Part shown: positions 58,767 to 64,000 of the stretch, one piece after another
Position numbering within the stretch: the stretch's first letter is position 1
How the letters are laid out: each line of letters opens with the position of its first letter
Source: Candidatus Algichlamydia australiensis
GTDB lineage: Bacteria > Chlamydiota > Chlamydiia > Chlamydiales > JAJFMI01
Reading direction: 5' to 3'
Assembly: GCA_033977065.1 (NCBI GenBank)
Contig: JAXCHI010000002.1
Location: forward strand, 128,001 to 192,000
Length of the DNA stretch: 64,000 nt
Translations under genes and position numbers: made by a program
The notes under the pieces: generated by a model
Databases searched by the model: none
Told to the model about the DNA's origin: nothing
Seen by the model: the letters and a program-made list of their open reading frames with translations, nothing else

Positions 58767-59510
58767 TTATTCAGAATATCTAAAAAGATATTGATCGAAG
58801 AGATCTGGATAATGCTCTTTGACCTTTTTATTCATCTGATAAGCGACCTCTTTCGAGCGGCTTTTCATATGATAATCAGTTGACTTTCCCCTTGAATGGG
58901 CGCGGCCAGGATAAAGTTTAAAAATATTTCTTGATTCTTCTTTCGCCCTAAGAATTAATGCTGGCAAATCTTTAACATTTAATCCCAATTCATTGTGGAG
59001 TTTTTGAAGCTCGGGGAGGGGGTCAAAAAGAAAGTCTTCATAGTAAAGAATAAGTTTGTCACCTTCCCACTCATCAAAAAAATGGATGTTTTCAAAATAA
59101 GAGTTCATGTTTTTAGGAAATTTTGAAAATTCTTGGGATATAGAACCTTTCAACATCCCGTTTATAATTTCATGGAAAAAACACTCTTTGTAGTCCCTAA
59201 GTAGCAAAAGGAGAAAACTTTTCTCATCTTTTGGAACTTTTTGAGAAAAATGTGTTCGATAATATTTTGGTGCTCTTGGGTTGTTTGTTAAGTGAAAGAG
59301 GTGATTGAATTTATCGTAGGCCAGAACCTTGTCCTTACGAATAATCGTTACGTCTGTATTCAGAAGTCTTGCAACATAAAGATTCATCAGATGCGATCCT
59401 GAACCGCTATAACAGAGCTGATAAAGAGCGTTATAAGGTTGCTCCTGTGAATAGGCTTTTGCTCCTACAAAAAGAATCGAAACCAGGAGTATGATAAATT
59501 TGTTTTTCAT
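58767..59510 (-). CDS. Sulfotransferase-like protein with signal peptide
   Basis: CYSGSGSHLM (5'-PSB-like), RTH, LLLRDYKEC (3'-PB-like), ILYYEDFL. Confidence 0.6.
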   Translation of the reverse strand: MKNKFIILLVSILFVGAKAYSQEQPYNALYQLCYSGSGSHLMNLYVARLLNTDVTIIRKDKVLAYDKFNHLFHLTNNPRAPKYYRTHFSQKVPKDEKSFLLLLLRDYKECFFHEIINGMLKGSISQEFSKFPKNMNSYFENIHFFDEWEGDKLILYYEDFLFDPLPELQKLHNELGLNVKDLPALILRAKEESRNIFKLYPGRAHSRGKSTDYHMKSRSKEVAYQMNKKVKEHYPDLFDQYLFRYSE

Positions 59511-59587
59511 TGTGCCAAGTATTGCAATCACATTTAGATCTTGTCAAGAAACAAAAAAGCACGTAGAAATAACGTTTTGAGGTAGTT

Positions 59588-60712
59588 ATGAAAAGATTTA
59601 TTTGTGCTCTTGGATTTTTGCCAGCACTCTTTGCGTCAGAAATTTATGATTTAAAGTCCCATGGACATCCACAATATCAGGACATATTTTTAAACGGAGA
59701 GGTAGTGAGTAAAGCAAGCGGTTATGAGCGATTTGAAGAGAAGAGGTTTGCAGTTCTTGACTCTATTCTCTCTCGCTATACAAGACCCTTTACAATGCTT
59801 GATGTTGGGGCCTCTCAGGGCTATTTTACATTTCGGGCTGCTGACAAGTACCCTGAGGGGATATTTGTAATGCTAGAGGGATCAAATTATCACTATCCTA
59901 AAATTTCGCAGCAGCTTAGGAGCATTTGCAGAGCAAATACAAATTCAAAAAATGTCATCTGGCTTGACCGCTCAATTTATGCAAAAGATTTTGCTCGAAT
60001 GGCAACCTGTGAACATTTCGATGTCATTTTAGCGCAAAATATTTTGCATTGGTTCAAAGACGATTGGGAGATACTGCTAAATAGCTTTTTACAGATGTCT
60101 CATGTAACAATTATTGAGCTGCCTCCGAATGATTGCAAAAAAGGGTCAAAACAATATTTATTACGAAACGAGCTTCACGCCCATCTATCTGAGACAGCAA
60201 CTCAGGTTTTAGAGGGTGTACCTCGCCATACAAACCCTCGCCTTAAAACGACCTATTACATCTTTATAAACGAGAAAGGTGAGACGAATTTACAGCGCAA
60301 CTCAATGGTTCATGGCGACTACAAGGATCGAGACCATCTCATTACATTCGATTTTGAAGCGAAAAAGTTTATTAAACGGGATCACAAGCCTCCTTTTATG
60401 GAGGAGTGTATTGAGTGGGAACCAGGTATCAATTTGCTAACCTACCTCTGCTTAAACGGACAATACCCGCAAAGAGATGTGATTGCAAATCTCTTGCCAA
60501 TTAATCGGAATCATAAAGATTGGATGCCAAACAATATGATTTTGCAAGGGCATAAATTAACCCTTATTGATTTTGATGATTGGAAAAATGAAAGAGGGGG
60601 ATTTGGACAAAATTGCTGTTCAAAAGCGCGAATAGAAAAACTAAAAAGATTAATTCGTCATGGAGATGAGCAGAAAGTAAAAGAATTTTTATGGGGAAAA
60701 AAGAAGAAGTAA
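59588..60712 (+). CDS. Class I SAM methyltransferase fused to a kinase-like C-terminal module, with signal peptide
   Basis: MLDVGASQGYF, FDVILAQNILHW; C-terminal HKDWMPNNMIL...LIDFD; GAGG SD. Confidence 0.7.
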   Translation: MKRFICALGFLPALFASEIYDLKSHGHPQYQDIFLNGEVVSKASGYERFEEKRFAVLDSILSRYTRPFTMLDVGASQGYFTFRAADKYPEGIFVMLEGSNYHYPKISQQLRSICRANTNSKNVIWLDRSIYAKDFARMATCEHFDVILAQNILHWFKDDWEILLNSFLQMSHVTIIELPPNDCKKGSKQYLLRNELHAHLSETATQVLEGVPRHTNPRLKTTYYIFINEKGETNLQRNSMVHGDYKDRDHLITFDFEAKKFIKRDHKPPFMEECIEWEPGINLLTYLCLNGQYPQRDVIANLLPINRNHKDWMPNNMILQGHKLTLIDFDDWKNERGGFGQNCCSKARIEKLKRLIRHGDEQKVKEFLWGKKKK

Positions 60713-60717
60713 AAAAA

Positions 60718-61125
60718 ATGCTTTTATGCCCTTGCGGAAGTAAAAAAAATTATGCCTACTGTTGTAGGCCCTATCATGACGGAAAACTTCCAGAGAGTGC
60801 GCTTCTTCTAATGAAATCGCGTTACTCTGCGTATGCAAGAAATCTTCCTGAATATATTATTTCTACAACACATCCGGAAAATCCTCATCGAAATCCAAAC
60901 CAGGATAATTGGAAGAGGTCTATTGTAGCCTTTTCAGAAGGTACAGAGTTTGAGAGATTAGAGGTTTTAGATTTCCAAGAGAGAGGGAACAAGGCAACGG
61001 TTACATTTACCGCCTATCTATTACAGGATGGTAAAAACGCCTCGTTCACTGAAAAGAGTTTTTTTGAAAAAATAGGAGAGCGTTGGCTCTATCAATCAGG
61101 AGAAGTGCAATTAGGGAACACTTGA
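60718..61125 (+). CDS. ychJ: YchJ-family SEC-C protein
   Basis: CPCGS...CC.PYH, LMKSRYSAY, EKS.F....W.Y. Confidence 0.88.
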   Translation: MLLCPCGSKKNYAYCCRPYHDGKLPESALLLMKSRYSAYARNLPEYIISTTHPENPHRNPNQDNWKRSIVAFSEGTEFERLEVLDFQERGNKATVTFTAYLLQDGKNASFTEKSFFEKIGERWLYQSGEVQLGNT

Positions 61126-61150
61126 GTGAAAACACTCATTTCCCTATAAT
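61122..61150 (+). promoter_or_regulatory. Sigma66/70-type promoter for the RRM gene
   Basis: TTGAGT-N17-TATAAT. Confidence 0.6.
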
Positions 61151-61240
61151 AGATTTGTCAATGCAGTGGTATCGAGAATTTCTGGGGTTAGTCTCCCTTT
61201 TCTCAAAAGCGGCATATGAGAAATTAAAAGGAGAGACAAA

Positions 61241-61507
61241 ATGTCTAACAAGAAACTTTATGTGGGAAATATCCCTTATTCATTTGATGATGCAAAATTA
61301 GAAGAGGTGTTTAAAGCTTTTGGCGAAGTTGCATCAGCCCAAATCATTAAAGACAGAGATACGGGCCGTTCAAAAGGCTTTGGCTTTGTTGAAATGAGCG
61401 ATGAAGAGCAGGCAAAAGCTGCAATCAAAGGGTTGAACGGAACTGAATTCGATGGTCGTGCTCTGACAGTGAATGAAGCGCGTCCTAAGGTCGATCGCAA
61501 TAGATAG
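61241..61507 (+). CDS. Single-RRM RNA-binding protein
   Basis: RNP2 LYVGNI, RNP1 KGFGFVEM, VNEARP. Confidence 0.95.
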   Translation: MSNKKLYVGNIPYSFDDAKLEEVFKAFGEVASAQIIKDRDTGRSKGFGFVEMSDEEQAKAAIKGLNGTEFDGRALTVNEARPKVDRNR

Positions 61508-61514
61508 GAATTTA

Positions 61515-61769
61515 TTAATTCCTCTTAACCCCAATTGTAATGTGAAATTCATATTTTTTTTGGGGAAGACCATACTTTTTTCTGATCGCATCTAATTCAG
61601 GTGCCTCAATTACAAGAAAATAGACCTCATCAACTCCTTCGAGTTTTTGAGGTTTAACGCTCCCATACCCTTTTAATTGGAATGGGATGCTCATTCCCAG
61701 CTCTTCAAATTCAATTTTTTTGTACTCATTAGGAAAAATCAGACTGACGTCGACTTCAAATCGTTTCAA
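61515..61769 (-). pseudogene. Probable 5'-truncated 2H-phosphoesterase-like fragment
   Basis: C-terminal L..IR.KYGL...FHITIG; only one HxT motif; TTG start overlapping the lysR stop. Confidence 0.4.
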
Positions 61770-62608
61770 TGTTTAAGTTTCTGTATTACAAATTTTTCCA
61801 ACGTATTAATTGCTGAATTATTTGCTTGGTGTTTGAGTAAAGATACATGTGTATCTTCGAGCCCAGGGAGAAAAGAAAAATCCAGAATTGGTAGGTCATC
61901 GGGGATCATAATATGCGGCATAACCGTAATCCCCATTCCCGCTTTAACTGCAGCTACGGTGCTAGAGTAGCTTGGGCTAGTAAAAACTAGGCGCCATGCT
62001 CGATTCAATTCAGCAAGAGCTTTTAATCCTGCTGCTCGATAAACACAAGGATCCGGTGCAAGTACAAGAGGCACCGGTTTATTTGGATCTAAAAGGTTTG
62101 GATCTCCTACCCACCTCAATGGTTCAGACCAAATTTCAAGGCCATTAGGAAAATCTTCCGGTCGGTTCATTTTTACTAAGACAAGGTCGAATTCATTTTT
62201 TTTGAAGTGGCTGAAAAGATTGATGGTCAGGTCACACTCGACATTCAATAAAATTCTTGGATGTATCCTCGAAAAATCAGCCAAAACGTCTGACAAGAAC
62301 AAACTTGCAAAGTCTTCTGGCAGACCAAAACGGACTTCCCCTTCAAGATCGGGCTCATTAAAACGATCCATGACTTCACTATGAAGAGCAAAAATTTTTC
62401 TTGCATAACCAAGGAACACCTGCCCAGCTGGGGTAAGAGTGAGTGTTTTTTGACGCACAATTAGCTGTTGATTAAGTGTTTTTTCAAGCTTTACAACTTG
62501 TTGACTAACAGCCGATTGAGTGCGATTTACGCGTTTTGCAGCTTTGGTAAAGCTGCCCGTTTCTGCAATGGCTATAAAAGTTTGTAGGATAAAGGTATCT
62601 ATTGACAT
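61766..62608 (-). CDS. LysR-family transcriptional regulator
   Basis: GSFTKAAKRVNRTQSAVSQQVVKLE HTH; substrate-binding domain. Confidence 0.95.
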   Translation of the reverse strand: MSIDTFILQTFIAIAETGSFTKAAKRVNRTQSAVSQQVVKLEKTLNQQLIVRQKTLTLTPAGQVFLGYARKIFALHSEVMDRFNEPDLEGEVRFGLPEDFASLFLSDVLADFSRIHPRILLNVECDLTINLFSHFKKNEFDLVLVKMNRPEDFPNGLEIWSEPLRWVGDPNLLDPNKPVPLVLAPDPCVYRAAGLKALAELNRAWRLVFTSPSYSSTVAAVKAGMGITVMPHIMIPDDLPILDFSFLPGLEDTHVSLLKHQANNSAINTLEKFVIQKLKH

Positions 62609-62642
62609 AAGAATTTCTAATCCAAGCTATAAGTTATTCTAT
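62607..62642. promoter_or_regulatory. Putative LysR operator (T-N11-A) in the divergent promoter
   Basis: ataagaatttctaat (62607-62621) and related ataagttattctat (62629-62642). Confidence 0.45.
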
Positions 62643-62708
62643 CTTTACTAATAACACACCTCCGAATATCATAGAATCAAGAAAAATATTCGTGTAAGTA
62701 TATTGATT

Positions 62709-64000
62709 ATGTTCTCTTATTTTAAAGATTTGTTTTACATTGATCAGATCTCAATATTGATGCTTGGGCTCCTCGCTTTTGTCGGCACTTGCATAGGTGC
62801 TTTTGCTCATCGTTATATGAAAGGCGATAGCCGTTATCTCTCGTTTTTCTCTTATCTCGTTCTTTTGCTTCTATCGATTGGGGTGATGGTAAGCGCTGAT
62901 CATATGATGCTCCTATTTTGTAGTTGGTGTATAAGCAATTTTATTTTAGCAAAACTTATGGTTCATAAAGCCAGTTGGAGGGCAGCAAAAAACTCCGGCA
63001 TGCTGGCTTTAAAAAATTTCCTTTTAGGGGCGGTCTGTGTCGGCAGTGGTCTATTTTTCCTTTATACTGGAACTGGTGAGGTTTCCATCAAAGCTGCAAT
63101 CCACACTAATTTAAAAAATAACTTTACAGATTTTGCTCTTTTTTTCTTGCTTTTAGGTGCAATGGCCCAATCTGCAATTTGGCCATTTCATCGCTGGTTG
63201 ATTAGCTCTCTTAATTCACCTACTCCTGTTTCAGCCATCATGCATGCTGGGCTTATCAATGGAGGAGGTTTTTTACTGGCACGTTTTGCCCCGCTTTATC
63301 TACAAACCCCGAATATGCTTACGCTAATTTTTGTAATAGGTATGGCTACAGCACTTATTGGCACACTATGGAAGTTAATGCAGCATGATGTAAAACGCAT
63401 GCTCGCTTGCTCGACAATGGGACAGATGGGGTTTATGTTAGCTCAGTGTGGTTTGGGTCTTTTTCCTGCTGCTATTGCTCACCTTTTGACACACGGTTTA
63501 TTTAAAGCCTTTCTTTTTCTTGGCAGTGATGGAGCAGTTTTTGAGAAGAGGCAAGACTTGAGCTGTAGTAGGAAGGGTTCTGTTTTTATTTGCGCACTAT
63601 TTTGTGGCTTGGTAGGCAGTTGTTGTTTTGCATTTACAAGCGGTAAATCTTGGTTTGCTGGTGATACAACACTCGTACTTATGGTGATTGCTCTGCTCAC
63701 TACGAGCCAAGCAGCACTAACAATTCTGGCGATGAAGATTCGTCATAGAATTTCTGTGGCATTGAGTGTTAGTAGTATAATGGGGTTAATCTACGGGCTA
63801 AGTGTGTACTCTCTATCAAAGATTTTAGAGCCCGCTGGACTCATGCAACCCATGCCAATCAACTATTTTCATATTGGGGGGATAACTCTTTTGGTAGCAT
63901 CATGGCTATCAATTGTTTTCCTCAATAAAAAGAGAGTACCAAAATTTTTAGAAGTTTGGACTCAAAGAGGGTATGTAGCTGCACTAAATGCAAGTCAGCC
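62709..64000 (+). CDS. NuoL-like membrane subunit, DabB/MpsA type (partial, runs off the window; absent from the ORF track)
   Basis: Open frame from ATG 62709: RYMKGD, AQSAIWPFHRWLISSLNSPTPVSAIMHAGLINGGG, KRMLACSTMGQMGFM, HGLFKAFLFL. Confidence 0.8.
   Translation, partial: MFSYFKDLFYIDQISILMLGLLAFVGTCIGAFAHRYMKGDSRYLSFFSYLVLLLLSIGVMVSADHMMLLFCSWCISNFILAKLMVHKASWRAAKNSGMLALKNFLLGAVCVGSGLFFLYTGTGEVSIKAAIHTNLKNNFTDFALFFLLLGAMAQSAIWPFHRWLISSLNSPTPVSAIMHAGLINGGGFLLARFAPLYLQTPNMLTLIFVIGMATALIGTLWKLMQHDVKRMLACSTMGQMGFMLAQCGLGLFPAAIAHLLTHGLFKAFLFLGSDGAVFEKRQDLSCSRKGSVFICALFCGLVGSCCFAFTSGKSWFAGDTTLVLMVIALLTTSQAALTILAMKIRHRISVALSVSSIMGLIYGLSVYSLSKILEPAGLMQPMPINYFHIGGITLLVASWLSIVFLNKKRVPKFLEVWTQRGYVAALNASQ

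Noticed and set aside
63479..63700. 73-aa minus-strand ORF
   Set aside because: Antisense to the DabB-like frame, which the ORF track missed because it lacks a stop within the window

Overview
Chromosomal segment of an environmental Chlamydiota bacterium. From recall (not a search), gene order follows three Chlamydia trachomatis blocks. Block 1 is murD-LysM-ftsW-murG-murC-ftsQ-KH-rsbV-miaA-CT768-nadD-rsfS-fabF-Nudix-aas-cysS-lysS-priA-CT779. Block 2 is ftsY-sucCD-htrA-M16 protease-nrdBA-pssA-rmuC. Block 3 is CT017-CT016-phoH. Accessory genes are interspersed. No tRNA, rRNA, CRISPR array, transposase or integrase was recognised. Main observations: (1) LysRS carries an in-frame N-terminal B3/4 tRNA-editing domain and lies head-to-head with a Schlafen/AlbA_2-ATPase gene with amplified HTH repeats. 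(2) Nine full-length intergenic long-hairpin elements plus fragments belong to several sequence families, and eight of the nine are 161-169 bp. (3) A synonymously diverged second copy of the pssA 3' end brackets a cargo gene. (4) Several cofactor-dependent enzymes carry Sec-type signal peptides, including a methyltransferase-kinase fusion facing a sulfotransferase. (5) Two tandem secreted Tyr/His/Arg-rich paralogs. (6) A candidate three-way-junction sRNA. (7) A LysR-DabB-like carbon-uptake block at the right edge. (8) priA is frameshifted at a homopolymer. All calls come from reading motifs by eye; no database searches were run.
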